Notes under the pieces: model-generated
Databases searched by the model: none
Seen by the model: only the letters and a program-made list of their open reading frames with translations
What the model was told of the DNA's origin: nothing
In this document: piece after piece, positions 37,434 through 47,433 of the stretch
Layout: the number at the start of each line of letters is the position of its first letter
Numbering within the stretch: position 1 is the first letter of the stretch
Origin: an uncultured Candidatus Nemicrothrix sp.
GTDB taxonomy: Bacteria > Actinomycetota > Acidimicrobiia > Acidimicrobiales > Aldehydirespiratoraceae
Assembly: GCA_964504305.1 (NCBI GenBank)
Contig: CAZDEB010000011.1
Span: forward strand, 1,753-65,752
Direction: 5' to 3'
DNA: 64,000 bases
Translations under genes and position numbers: made by a program

Positions 37434-38168
37434 ATGTCCGACACTTTTCTATTGTTGATAGGCGGTTTTGTGGCCGCGGTGATCAACACGCTCGCGGGCG
37501 GTGGTTCGCTAATTACCGTGCCGCTGCTTGTTGTGGCCGGCGCGCCAGGCACGGTGGCCAACGGCACCAACCGGGTCGGAGTGCTGGCCGGTACTTTCAA
37601 CGCGTCTCGAATGTTTCAGAAACTTGGCGTTGAGGGCATGAAGGGCATCGGCGGGATCCTCGGCCCGGCGGTCGCCGGAAGCATCCTCGGTTCGGTCGTC
37701 GTGAGCCGGTTGGCCGACGACGCGTTTGAGCAGGTCTTCGGGGTCTTGATGATCCCGATCTTGTTGCTGTCTCTACGCAAACCCAATGCGGCCTCGCTTG
37801 CCGAGCGACCGCCCTGGCCGCGGTGGCTCTCGACTGGCGTGTTTTTCGCGGTCGGTCTGTATGGCGGCGCCTTCCAGGCTGGCGTTGGCTTGCTTCTAAT
37901 AGTCGCCTTGGCCCGATCCGGCGTCGACCTGGTTCTGGCCAATCACATAAAGGTCATCACCACCTTCGTGTTCACCTGCTTTGCTCTGCCGGTGTTTCTC
38001 CTCGATGGCCGCATCGATTGGAACCTTGCACTGCCTCTGTCGGTGGGGTTTGCCGGCGGCGCATGGGTAGGCGCCCACATCACTGTTGCCGGAGGCGAAC
38101 GGGTAGTACGCCCGGTGCTGATTCTCGCGGTGGTCGCTCTCTCGGGCCGTTTGGTCGGCTTGTATTAG
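37434..38168 (+). CDS. sulfite exporter TauE/SafE family membrane protein
   Basis: FVAAVINTLAGGGSLITVPLLV and multiple TM segments. Start set at the ATG at 37434. Confidence 0.8.
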   Translation: MSDTFLLLIGGFVAAVINTLAGGGSLITVPLLVVAGAPGTVANGTNRVGVLAGTFNASRMFQKLGVEGMKGIGGILGPAVAGSILGSVVVSRLADDAFEQVFGVLMIPILLLSLRKPNAASLAERPPWPRWLSTGVFFAVGLYGGAFQAGVGLLLIVALARSGVDLVLANHIKVITTFVFTCFALPVFLLDGRIDWNLALPLSVGFAGGAWVGAHITVAGGERVVRPVLILAVVALSGRLVGLY

Positions 38169-38172
38169 CACT

Positions 38173-39168
38173 ATGACGACGTTCTCTCGCGAATTTGCCC
38201 GCTCGTTACCCAAAGCCGAACTACATGTTCATCTCGAAGGCTCGGTCGATCCAGCCACGATGCTTGCTTTGTCACAGTCCCACGGCGTGACGCCGCCGTC
38301 CGACACCGAGGACGGGATCCGACAGTGGCTGAAATTTGACGGCTTCCCGAGCTTCCTCGAGCGTTACTTCTTTGTGTGTGGCTTGCTGCGGTCCGGTGAG
38401 GACTTCAAGACCATCACCGAGTCGTACTTGATGGCGGCTCACCAACAGGGATGTGTGCACGTCGAGTTCCACGTCTCCGCGAGCTATCACATTGTCGAGA
38501 GTGGCTCGGATTGGTCCGAGATCCTTCAAGGCGTGGTTGCGGGCTGCGACCAAGCCGAAGCTGATTTTGGGATCTCGTCGTTGCTCTTGCCGGATCTATC
38601 GCCCCATCTCGGCGCGGACGCGGCCCATAAGGCCCTCGACGTTGTGCTGGCCGACCCTCACCCTCGTATTACCGGGATCGGTATGGGCGGCCCGGCCGAC
38701 AATTGGCGCACCGAAGACTTCGGCTCGGCCTTTCGACGGGCCCGTAACGCGGGGCTGCATTGCGTGAGCCACGCCGGCGAGCATGGCCCGGCCTGGGAAG
38801 TCGATCACGCCATCGACGAGTTCGGGGCCGAACGCATTCAGCACGGGATCGGAGCGGTCACCGATCCCGCCACGTTGGCACGACTTGTTGACCAGGGGAT
38901 TGCCTGCGACGTTTGCCCGGCCAGCAACGTGGCTCTCGCTGCCGTGCCTTCCCTCGAGGCCCATCCGTTGCCCGAGATGCTCGCCGCCGGCGTCACAGTG
39001 ACGCTTGGGTCCGACGATCCACCCTTGTTCTCCACGAATCTGCTCAACGAGTACGAACACGCGTGGAACCTGGCCGGGTTGAGCGAGGAAGGGTTGGCTG
39101 AGTTGGCCGAAAATTCTTTGGTCGAATCGTTCGCGGCTCCGGAGCGTGTCGAAGAATGGCTCACGTAA
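38173..39168 (+). CDS. add: adenosine deaminase
   Basis: LPKAELHVHLEGS, SHAGE, and TLGSDDPPLF. Confidence 0.9.
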   Translation: MTTFSREFARSLPKAELHVHLEGSVDPATMLALSQSHGVTPPSDTEDGIRQWLKFDGFPSFLERYFFVCGLLRSGEDFKTITESYLMAAHQQGCVHVEFHVSASYHIVESGSDWSEILQGVVAGCDQAEADFGISSLLLPDLSPHLGADAAHKALDVVLADPHPRITGIGMGGPADNWRTEDFGSAFRRARNAGLHCVSHAGEHGPAWEVDHAIDEFGAERIQHGIGAVTDPATLARLVDQGIACDVCPASNVALAAVPSLEAHPLPEMLAAGVTVTLGSDDPPLFSTNLLNEYEHAWNLAGLSEEGLAELAENSLVESFAAPERVEEWLT

Positions 39169-39205
39169 TCCACGCCGGCCAGTCGAGTTGGGCCACACTG
39201 TTGCG

Positions 39206-39754
39206 ATGGAGCACCTCACCACAGAACAGCTTGAGGCCGGGCTAGGCCACGTTCGGGCATCGCCGGCGGACAACGGCACTCTCGAGCTGATCGTGCAACG
39301 CCCCGAGGTCGAAGCGAGGGTTGTGCTCGACGAAGCCGAACTCAACCAGGCCGAAGGACTCGCCGGCGACAACTGGAACCAGCGGGCGTCCAAACGGACC
39401 GAAGACGGCGGACCGCACCCCGACATGCAGCTCAACCTCATGAATTCGCGGATCCTGAGCCTGATTGCGCAGTCACCCGAACGCATGGCCTTGTCTGGTG
39501 ATCAACTCGTTGTTGATCTCGACCTCAGCGATGCCAACTTGGCGCCGTGGACCAAGCTGGCCATCGGGTCGGCGGTCATCGAGATCACCGATCAACCTCA
39601 TAGGGGCTGCGCAAAGTTCACTAAGCGGTTCGGGCTCGACGCCCATCGCTTCGTCAATTCGGAGCTGGGCGAAGAGCTGCATTTACGAGGCGTGAATGCG
39701 CGGGTGATTACGCCGGGCACGATTCGTCGCGGCGACACCATCACCAAACTTTGA
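39206..39754 (+). CDS. MOSC domain-containing protein
   Basis: IEITDQPHRGCAKFTKRFG...LRGVNARVITPGTIRRGD is a typical MOSC C-terminus. Start set at the ATG at 39206. Confidence 0.75.
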   Translation: MEHLTTEQLEAGLGHVRASPADNGTLELIVQRPEVEARVVLDEAELNQAEGLAGDNWNQRASKRTEDGGPHPDMQLNLMNSRILSLIAQSPERMALSGDQLVVDLDLSDANLAPWTKLAIGSAVIEITDQPHRGCAKFTKRFGLDAHRFVNSELGEELHLRGVNARVITPGTIRRGDTITKL

Positions 39755-40641
39755 GCGAACTCTCGCGAGCCCCCGGAGCGATGCTCGTTCTCGGGACGGG
39801 CGTAGTGTTCAGTTTCGGGGCGTTGTTTTTCCGCGCTACTGACGACATAGGTCCGTGGCAATACCTCACGTTTCGGGGTCTCGGGGCTGCGGCAGTGGCC
39901 GTGCCGTTCTTCTTGTTCAAGAACCGTCGAAATCTGCGCGCTTCGGTCGCGGCGATCGAGCGCGTGCATCTGGGTGCCGGAGTGATGCTCGGGGCGATGT
40001 TGTGTGTCTTCATCGTTGCTCTTTCTCAGGTCGACACGGCGTTCATCTTGTTCTTCCAGACTCTGGCGCCGATCGGGTCCGGAATCTTCTCGTGGCTGAT
40101 CCTGGGCGAGCGGATGTCGCGCCAAGCCCGGATCGCGACCGCCATATCGTTGGCCGGCGTCACCGTCATGGTCGCCGGCGGGCTCGACGCCGGGGTCGGT
40201 TGGTCGATCGTGCTCGTGCTTTCTCTTCCCACGATGCTTGGCCTGTTCCCGGTTCTGATCAGGTCAGGGTCCTCGATGGACCCGATAGTTCCGGTGATGA
40301 TCGGTGGCACGGTCGCCGCGACGATCAGTTTCTTCGTGAGCGTCGCCGGACCAGGGCTCGACGTGTCGGCGCACGACATGTGGCTCGGGCTGATCGCTGG
40401 CGCCGCGCTCGTTGGTATCCCTGTGCCGTTCCTCAACCTCGGCCAGCGGGCGGTGCTGGCACCCGAAGCAAACCTGCTGTTGATGACCGAGATCGTCCTT
40501 GCTCCGATATGGGTGTGGCTTGCCTACAACGAGCAGCCCACGGCCGCCACCATGGCGGGCGGCTTGGTCATCTTGCTAGCGGTCGTGTGGCTGACGTTGG
40601 AGGCCATCAAGTCGGCCCGGGCGCCTAGGACGAGCAGCTAA
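39751..40641 (+). CDS. DMT-superfamily (EamA-like) transporter
   Basis: About 10 hydrophobic segments and a duplicated EamA-type layout. The start codon is uncertain (TTG 39751 or the ATG about 10 codons downstream). Confidence 0.7.
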   Translation: MSELSRAPGAMLVLGTGVVFSFGALFFRATDDIGPWQYLTFRGLGAAAVAVPFFLFKNRRNLRASVAAIERVHLGAGVMLGAMLCVFIVALSQVDTAFILFFQTLAPIGSGIFSWLILGERMSRQARIATAISLAGVTVMVAGGLDAGVGWSIVLVLSLPTMLGLFPVLIRSGSSMDPIVPVMIGGTVAATISFFVSVAGPGLDVSAHDMWLGLIAGAALVGIPVPFLNLGQRAVLAPEANLLLMTEIVLAPIWVWLAYNEQPTAATMAGGLVILLAVVWLTLEAIKSARAPRTSS

Positions 40642-42223
40642 GCATCGAACAACCGGGTCGGGTGCGGGCCCAGTCGGGCCGTTTCTGAGCGAAGCGCTCC
40701 TTGCCCGGCTGCTGTTCGTATGGACTGCGCAACACGTCGAGTAGTTCGCTGATCATCGCCGCGTCGCCGTTGGCGGCATCGTCAATAGCGAGTTGGGCCA
40801 GATAGTTGCGCAACACATACAACGGGTTGACGGCGTTCATCGAGACGCGCCGGTCGCCATCCGTTCGTCCGCTTTCGGTTATGCGCTTGCGGTAGTCGCG
40901 CAACCATGTTGTGGTTGCGGCGCGGATGTCGCCGACAAGTTGTTGGGGCTGGTAATAGGCATCGGCTAGCGGGGCCAGAAGATCTTCGTCGAGGGGCTCG
41001 TCTACCGAGTCGGACACGGCAACGTCGGCGAGCCCCCGAAAGAACAGCGTCATGTCGGTCTCGATCGTGGCCAAAATTTCGAGCAGCGACGTGACAAGCT
41101 GCGGGTCGCGTTCGGCATCGAAGTCGGGGATGCCCAACTTGGCCACCATCATTTCGATCCACTTTGTGTTGAAGGCCGCACCGTAACTGTCGAGGGCGTC
41201 CTGTAGCGGTTCGACCTCGCCAACGAGTGGGTAGATAGCGTTGGCCAGTTGAGTCAGGTTCCACTGGCCTATGTGGGGCTGAGCGCCAAATCGGTATCGC
41301 TTGTGTTGACGGTCGGTGGTATTGGGGGTCCACCCTGGGTCGTAGTCCTCGAGCCAGCCGTACGGTCCGTAGTCGATTGTGAGCCCGTGGATCGACATGT
41401 TGTCGGTGTTCATCACGCCATGGACGAAACCGACTCGTTGCCAGTGCACGATCATTTCGGCGGTACGGCGGGCGATCTCGGCCAACCACCGAACGTAGGT
41501 CTCCGGCGATGGTTGGCCGAGCTCTGGGAAGTGGGTGCTGATGGTGTGGTCGGCGAGCGCCTTGAGAGTGCTGGTGTCGTCACGGGCGGCAAAGATCTCG
41601 AAGCTGCCGAAACGAATGAACGACGGAGCGACCCGACACACAACCGCACCCGGCTCGTAGGCCGCGTTGCCGTCGTAGAACATGTCGCGCATCACCTGGT
41701 CGCCAGTGGTGGCCAAACTCAGCGCGCGGGTGGTCGGAACACCGAGGTGATGCATTGCTTCGCTACAGAGGAACTCTCGCACCGAGCTTCGCAGCACGGC
41801 GAGACCGTCGGCCGAGCGCGAGTACGGAGTTGGTCCCGCGCCCTTGAGTTGCAGCATGTGGCGATCGCCTTGGGCTATGACCTCGCCGAGGGTGATGGCG
41901 CGGCCGTCGCCGAGTTGGCCGGCCCAGTTACCGAACTGATGGCCGCCGTAACAAGCGGCGTGAGGGTCCATGGCGTCGAGGGTCTGGTTGCCCGAGAAAA
42001 CCTGCACGAACTCGTCGCGGTCGACCACGGCGGAATCGAGACCCAGCATTTCGAGGACCTCAGAGGAGTAAGCAAGGAGCCGAGGAGAGTGGGTCTGAAC
42101 GGGCCGGACGCGGCTGAACGCGGCATCCCTGACCTGCCTTGGTCGGTTGAGGTCGCTGGGGTCGGCAGGCAACGAGGCGGTGAAGCTGTTGTCGAAGGTC
42201 AGGTCTTGGAGAGTCTGAGCCAT
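40625..42223 (-). CDS. selO: protein adenylyltransferase SelO (YdiU/UPF0061 family)
   Basis: YGGHQFGNWAGQLGDGRAI, GVMNTDNMSIHGLTIDYGPYGWLE, and a 532-aa length. Confidence 0.9.
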   Translation of the reverse strand: MAQTLQDLTFDNSFTASLPADPSDLNRPRQVRDAAFSRVRPVQTHSPRLLAYSSEVLEMLGLDSAVVDRDEFVQVFSGNQTLDAMDPHAACYGGHQFGNWAGQLGDGRAITLGEVIAQGDRHMLQLKGAGPTPYSRSADGLAVLRSSVREFLCSEAMHHLGVPTTRALSLATTGDQVMRDMFYDGNAAYEPGAVVCRVAPSFIRFGSFEIFAARDDTSTLKALADHTISTHFPELGQPSPETYVRWLAEIARRTAEMIVHWQRVGFVHGVMNTDNMSIHGLTIDYGPYGWLEDYDPGWTPNTTDRQHKRYRFGAQPHIGQWNLTQLANAIYPLVGEVEPLQDALDSYGAAFNTKWIEMMVAKLGIPDFDAERDPQLVTSLLEILATIETDMTLFFRGLADVAVSDSVDEPLDEDLLAPLADAYYQPQQLVGDIRAATTTWLRDYRKRITESGRTDGDRRVSMNAVNPLYVLRNYLAQLAIDDAANGDAAMISELLDVLRSPYEQQPGKERFAQKRPDWARTRPGCSMLSCSS

Positions 42224-42279
42224 CCGTCCAGACTACGGCCACCGCGCCGCCGAGGCGATGGCACGTGACACTATTGGGG

Positions 42280-42657
42280 ATGCGCAAACCATTAGCGAGT
42301 GACTCGGCGACGGCCGTGGGACCTTATAGCCATGGAATCGTTGCCGATCCGTTCGTGTATCTGTCGGGCCAGACTCCGCTCGATCCCAACACCGGCGAAC
42401 TGGCATTGGGCGGGATCGGGGCCCAAACCAACCAATGTCTCGACAACCTGTTTGGTGTCTTGGCCGCCGACGGACTTGACGAGTCCGACGTGATCAAGTG
42501 CAACGTGTATCTCACCGACATGGCCGACTTTGCCGACCTGAACGCCGCCTATCTTGGCCGTTTTGTTGCGCCGTACCCGGCCCGGACCACGGTGGGCGTT
42601 GCGGCCCTGCCTTTGGGGGCCAGCGTCGAGATCGAGATCGTGGCCCGACGGCGATGA
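42280..42657 (+). CDS. ridA: RidA family reactive-intermediate deaminase
   Basis: AVGPYSHGIV..., VYLSGQTPLDPNTGEL and PARTTVGVAALPLGASVEIE. An alternative GTG start lies at 42265. Confidence 0.85.
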   Translation: MRKPLASDSATAVGPYSHGIVADPFVYLSGQTPLDPNTGELALGGIGAQTNQCLDNLFGVLAADGLDESDVIKCNVYLTDMADFADLNAAYLGRFVAPYPARTTVGVAALPLGASVEIEIVARRR

Positions 42658-43805
42658 CAACGCTCGACGCTCGACCCAGCCCGCTATCGGCCGAATTGGC
42701 GCAAGGCCTGCGCCGGTCGGGTGCGCTGAGCCTGCCCCCGGCTTGTTACCACGACCCGGCGGTTGCCGAATTTGAGGCTGACGTGATATTTCGGCGCGGG
42801 TGGGTCGGGGTTGGCCGTCGTGACCGATGGTTGGCCCGCGGCGATTTCTCAGCTGTTGAGGTCGGCGGGGTCGCGGTGCTGATCGCGCTCGACGACCAAG
42901 GCGAGCTTCGGGCATTCAGCAACACGTGTCGTCACCGAGGGTCACAACTGGTCGAGGGAGACGGCAACTGCTCTCGGATCCGGTGCCCTTTCCACGCGTG
43001 GACCTACGCGCTTGATGGTCGACTCGTGGGTGCGGCGAGCATGGCCGAGACACCCAACTTCGACAAGGCCGACTATCCGCTCCACGAGTTCGCTCTTGGC
43101 GAGCACGACGGCTTCGTCTTTGTTTGTCTCGCTTCTGATCCGCCGCCCTTTGGTGACTGGGTTGGAACGTTTTCGCAGGTCCACGAGTCTTGGCCGTTGG
43201 CCGATCTGGTGACGGTCCGACGTCGAGAATTCTCTGTTGAATGCAACTGGAAGGCCTTCGCCGAGGTGTTCAACGAGTACTACCACCTGCCCTACGTGCA
43301 CTCGAGCAGCATCGACGGACTCTACGGTGAGCCCGATGACACCGACGACGTCTCCGGGGCGTTCACAACCCAGTTCGGCGTCACCGCCGGTACCGCAGGG
43401 CTGCTCCAAGACGATCAACGTCAGGCTCTGCCGGCAATGCCGGGCCTGTCGGGTCGCGATGCGACCGGCGTTCGTTACTCGTGGCTGTATCCCAACATCG
43501 TCACGGCGATCGGCGTTGATGCCATGTGGATGTACGAGATTTATCCCTCCGGACCCGACCGGTGCGATTGTGCCCAAGTGGTGTGCTTCCCGCAAAGCAC
43601 CATCGATAGTGCCGGATTTTCTGATAAAGCCACGACCTATCTAGAGCGAATGGATGTGGCGATCAACGAAGATATTCCGGTGCTCGAGCGTCAACATCGC
43701 GGCTTGAGGTCGCCGTTCGCAGCTCAAGGACCGTTCTCTCATCTCGAACCCAGCGTGGCCAACTTTGCCCGCTGGTACGCCGAGCAGCTGCTGGGTACTG
43801 GCTGA
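42654..43805 (+). CDS. aromatic ring-hydroxylating oxygenase alpha subunit (Rieske 2Fe-2S)
   Basis: Rieske motif CRHRGSQL...CPFHAWTY, with a downstream mononuclear-iron region (NEYYHLPYVH). The ATG at 42654 overlaps the ridA stop (ATGA). Confidence 0.8.
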   Translation: MTTLDARPSPLSAELAQGLRRSGALSLPPACYHDPAVAEFEADVIFRRGWVGVGRRDRWLARGDFSAVEVGGVAVLIALDDQGELRAFSNTCRHRGSQLVEGDGNCSRIRCPFHAWTYALDGRLVGAASMAETPNFDKADYPLHEFALGEHDGFVFVCLASDPPPFGDWVGTFSQVHESWPLADLVTVRRREFSVECNWKAFAEVFNEYYHLPYVHSSSIDGLYGEPDDTDDVSGAFTTQFGVTAGTAGLLQDDQRQALPAMPGLSGRDATGVRYSWLYPNIVTAIGVDAMWMYEIYPSGPDRCDCAQVVCFPQSTIDSAGFSDKATTYLERMDVAINEDIPVLERQHRGLRSPFAAQGPFSHLEPSVANFARWYAEQLLGTG

Positions 43806-43830
43806 ACCGAAGCGCGGTCGGTTCAGCCAG
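43798..43830. terminator. 13-bp perfect hairpin between convergent genes (bidirectional terminator candidate)
   Basis: ctggctgaaccga-agcgcgg-tcggttcagccag. The stop codons of both convergent genes (43803-43805 and 43823-43825) sit inside the two stem arms. Confidence 0.55.
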
Positions 43831-45094
43831 GGACCGACATCTTGAACCGGTGCAAGAAGGCGGCGATTTGGGCTCGCGTCGCGGTGTCGTCTGGAGAGAA
43901 CATACGGGCAGCAGTGCCCTTCGTGATTCCGCTCTCGGTGGCCCACTTGATGGCGTGGATCGCGAAACCATCGGGTTCGACGTCGTCAAATTTGAGTGGC
44001 GTGGTCATTGCGGGACGGCCCACCGCTCGCCATAGGAACGTAACGAATTCGGCTCGGGTCAGTGGAGTGTCGGGGGAGAAGGTAGTAGTCGATGTGCCGG
44101 TGGTGATCGCTCGTCCGGTCATCCACCTGACCGGTTCGAAATAGAACGAGCCGGGAGGTACGTCGTCGAAGGGAACTATGGAGTTTGATGGTGGCTTGTT
44201 GAAGAGTCGCCAGAGGAAAGTTGCGGCTTGGCCGCGGGTCACTGTTTCGTTGGTGCAGAAGCGCACCGCATCACAGCCGGTGGTGATTCCCTCGGCCGCC
44301 AACCACTCGATGTCGCTCGCGAGGCCGGTGTTCAAGGTGTCGCAGAATCGACGCCCGGGCGTGGGTGTGAAGTCGCCACAAACAATGTTTTGGGCGCCGA
44401 CCCACACGAACTCCCAAGGTTCTGGCTCGGGCCCTCCAGGGGGCGCGCCGGCCGGGTAGCTCGGTAACCAGCCAAAGGTCTTGGCATTGGCCCAGTCGTT
44501 GGCGGCAAGCCATGCGTAGGCGTCGGTGGTGGCGAAATCGTGAAGGACCGACGAGCCCGAGCGGACATCGATCGCGTACCCGGTGTGGTGCTTTGAGTAT
44601 CCAGGAGCGGCCGACAACTTTAGGAGTTCGTCGATGGCCGCGTCGGTTGTGTCGGTCATGAGACCAAGGAAGATTCGAGTTTGATGGCCAACGTCGCGGT
44701 AGCCGGACGTGAGCGAGATCGAGTGACCGGCCGCCGCGGCCGCTGCTTGCAGCTCCTCCCATGCAGCCGAGGCCCCGGCTTGGAGGAGGTATCCGTCGGT
44801 ACGAACAAGCGGCCCGGACGCCTCGGGGCGTTGGCGATAGCCACGAGCCTCGGCTAGGTCTCTGATTCGGGCGTCGAGGACCGGGTCCGCGGTGATAGGC
44901 GGCGGGTCGCCAACGGGGAGCAGCCCCGGCAGGCGAGCGAAGTCGAACGAGGCGACGAGCTCGTCAGGGGTGTGACGGGTCGCGGCAACTGCGTCGCCAA
45001 GTGGATCAGCGGCCGAGGCGGGAGCGGCAGTGAGCGCGAAAGCAACGACAATCGCAAGTAGCGCTCGCCCGCGGAAGAGTTGATTCGTCAACAT
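43823..45094 (-). CDS. secreted D-alanyl-D-alanine carboxypeptidase (VanY / peptidase M15B) with three C-terminal SLH repeats
   Basis: Signal peptide MLTNQLFRGRALLAIVVAFALTAAPASA. M15 motifs are SGYRDVGHQ, GYSKHHTGYAIDV and EPWEF. Three SLH-like repeats (..TRGQAATFLWRLF, ..TRAEFVTFLWRAV, ..TRAQIAAFLHRF). Confidence 0.75.
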   Translation of the reverse strand: MLTNQLFRGRALLAIVVAFALTAAPASAADPLGDAVAATRHTPDELVASFDFARLPGLLPVGDPPPITADPVLDARIRDLAEARGYRQRPEASGPLVRTDGYLLQAGASAAWEELQAAAAAAGHSISLTSGYRDVGHQTRIFLGLMTDTTDAAIDELLKLSAAPGYSKHHTGYAIDVRSGSSVLHDFATTDAYAWLAANDWANAKTFGWLPSYPAGAPPGGPEPEPWEFVWVGAQNIVCGDFTPTPGRRFCDTLNTGLASDIEWLAAEGITTGCDAVRFCTNETVTRGQAATFLWRLFNKPPSNSIVPFDDVPPGSFYFEPVRWMTGRAITTGTSTTTFSPDTPLTRAEFVTFLWRAVGRPAMTTPLKFDDVEPDGFAIHAIKWATESGITKGTAARMFSPDDTATRAQIAAFLHRFKMSVPG

Positions 45095-45105
45095 CGGCGC
45101 TGACG

Positions 45106-46437
45106 TTACCGAGTTTGGGCCCGGTCGCCGGGTACATCGTGGCGAGCGGCCTCGATCTTGGCGGTGGTCAACTTGGGAGCCGCGAAGACAAACAGCAGAA
45201 TCTGCAGTCCGCCGGCGATGAGCCATGGTAGGCGCAGCGCTGTTTCGCGGCTGAGGGTCGTGTCGCCAACGGCCACGATCAGTCCGCCGGCGATGGCCCC
45301 GATAGGCATCATTCCCCAGGCAAAGAAGCGGTAGACACTGTTGACGCGGCCGAGCAGTTCGTCAGGGATGATGGTTTGGCGCAAGCTGACGGTGATGACA
45401 TTCCACAAAACGCCCAGCAGCATGTAAACGGCAAACATCATCCAAACGAAAGGCCACCAGTTGGCGAACCCGATCGCCGCGGTGGATATCCCGCCGACTA
45501 TCAACGTGAGCCATAGCGAAGGTCCGGTCCCGATCCGACGCGAGATTGACGAAGCCGACCAGCCGCCGATGATCCCACCCACCGCGCCGCCGGTACTGAC
45601 CAGCGCGAACTCGGTGGCCGAGGTGTCGAGAACTTCTTGGGCGAACAGCACAAAGACCGAAGCCGTCATCATCCCGATGGCGTTGAGCAAACCCAAGATG
45701 ATTGCCATGGGACGCAAAAGGTCGTGGCGCCACAACCAACCGAACCCCTCGGCTAGTTCGGTGCGCCACGGTTTGCGGTCTTGTACTCGAGGCGGGGGAG
45801 TGCGGGTTGCGGTCGGTATCAGCGCGATCAGCACGGCCGCCACCGCGAACGTGACGGCGTCCACAAAGAATGGGAGCGAGAAAGTCACGGCGATGAGCAA
45901 AGCGCCGAGCGGCGGGCCGGCGAAGGTGTTGGCAATTTGCTCGGTGCTCCATAACCGACCGTTGGCTTTCTCGAGCTGGTCGGACTCGACGATCGACGGC
46001 ATGAAGGTTTGCGCCGCGTTGTCGTACAAGACCTCGCCGATGCCGAGAAGGGCGGTGGCGGCGAGCACTACGAGGTACAGCCCAACCCTCGTGTCGAAAC
46101 CAAGATCGGCGTTGCTCAAAACGTCGGGACCCGGCAGCGAGTCCTGGGCGCCGAGCACGACCATCGCCACTCCAAGAGTAAGCGCCGCTCGGACCGCGCT
46201 GGCCGACATCATCAGCGTGCGACGGTTGTAGCGATCGGTTATTACGCCGGCCGGGAGGCTGAACAGAAGCCACGGGAGGCGTTGCACGACGCCGACCAAC
46301 GCGATCAACAGCGGGTTGCGGGTCAGAGCGGTAGCGAGCCACGGATAAGCAATCATGGCCACGCCGTCGCCAAGGTTGGAGATGGTGCTGGCGCTGAACA
46401 GTTTGCGGTAGTTCGGGCCCAGCGCCGTGTTACTCAT
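45106..46437 (-). CDS. MFS transporter
   Basis: MSNTALGPNYRKLFSASTISNLGDGV..., 12 or more hydrophobic segments, and the VITDRYNRR loop motif. Start set at the ATG at 46437. Confidence 0.8.
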   Translation of the reverse strand: MSNTALGPNYRKLFSASTISNLGDGVAMIAYPWLATALTRNPLLIALVGVVQRLPWLLFSLPAGVITDRYNRRTLMMSASAVRAALTLGVAMVVLGAQDSLPGPDVLSNADLGFDTRVGLYLVVLAATALLGIGEVLYDNAAQTFMPSIVESDQLEKANGRLWSTEQIANTFAGPPLGALLIAVTFSLPFFVDAVTFAVAAVLIALIPTATRTPPPRVQDRKPWRTELAEGFGWLWRHDLLRPMAIILGLLNAIGMMTASVFVLFAQEVLDTSATEFALVSTGGAVGGIIGGWSASSISRRIGTGPSLWLTLIVGGISTAAIGFANWWPFVWMMFAVYMLLGVLWNVITVSLRQTIIPDELLGRVNSVYRFFAWGMMPIGAIAGGLIVAVGDTTLSRETALRLPWLIAGGLQILLFVFAAPKLTTAKIEAARHDVPGDRAQTR

Positions 46438-47432
46438 CCAACGATTGTGCCCTGCATTGCGACGGAGTCGCCGAGCTTTATCAGCCCCGGGAAGTGACGC
46501 ATGGCCAGGATGCCGTCGATAGTGGCGTGATAGTCGACCGGTTCGCGGCCAAGATGGACCGGATCGTGGACTCGAGCAATGACCTGCCCAACCGAGATCG
46601 GGTCGCCGAGGGCCACGACCCACTCGATTAGGCCCTCGCTGTCACTGGTGATGTAGGCACCGTCGAGGGGAATGTCGAGAAATCGGGTGGGAGCCGGCTC
46701 GATATCGCCGGCGAGCACGCCGGCGTGCTTCAACACGTTGCGCACTCCTCGCAGAGTTATTTCGGCCCAATCGGGCCTGGTGGTACCGGTGCCGCCCAGT
46801 TCGGTGGTGATGAAAACCTTGCCGCTTTCTTCGACGAGCGTGTCCCACATGCCGAGCGTGTCGATCTCGACCAGCTTGCATGTGTAGGGCGCGGCGAAGG
46901 CCTTGGCGTACTCCCAGCCGCGGGCCTCGCTGGCTTTGTCGTCGAGGACGTGCGTGCAGGCCATCGGCACGAACTCGAGTGTCTTGCCTCCGTCGTGAAT
47001 GTCCATCACGACATCGGCGAGCGGCAGGACGTAGCGGCCCATGAAATCGGCGATCTTTTCGGTCACGCTTCCGTCGGGACGGCCCGGGAAGGCCCGGTTG
47101 AGATTGACCTTGTCGATAGGAGAGGTGCGGGTGGCCGCCGCGAACGCCGGTTGGTTCATAGTGGGAACGGCGATAATGCGGCCGTTCACATCGGCGGCGT
47201 CGATCGTGCTGAGCATCCTCATCAGCGCCAGTGGCCCTTGGTATTCGTCTCCGTGGTTACCGCCGGTGAGTAGCACCGTTGGGCCTTCGCCGTTGGCGAC
47301 CACCGATATGGGGATCATCACCGCGCCATACGCTGATCCGTCGTGGCTGTGGGGCAGCTTCAAGAACCCGTGTTGGATCCCCGCAGCATCAAAATCGACG
47401 GTTGGCGAGATGGGCGAGGCGATGTCGGTCAC
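46434..47432 (-). CDS. succinylglutamate desuccinylase/aspartoacylase (M14-like) family deacylase, DoeB-like
   Basis: LLTGGNHGDEYQGPLAL zinc-binding motif. 332 aa. Confidence 0.7.
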   Translation of the reverse strand: MTDIASPISPTVDFDAAGIQHGFLKLPHSHDGSAYGAVMIPISVVANGEGPTVLLTGGNHGDEYQGPLALMRMLSTIDAADVNGRIIAVPTMNQPAFAAATRTSPIDKVNLNRAFPGRPDGSVTEKIADFMGRYVLPLADVVMDIHDGGKTLEFVPMACTHVLDDKASEARGWEYAKAFAAPYTCKLVEIDTLGMWDTLVEESGKVFITTELGGTGTTRPDWAEITLRGVRNVLKHAGVLAGDIEPAPTRFLDIPLDGAYITSDSEGLIEWVVALGDPISVGQVIARVHDPVHLGREPVDYHATIDGILAMRHFPGLIKLGDSVAMQGTIVG

Positions 47433-47433
47433 T

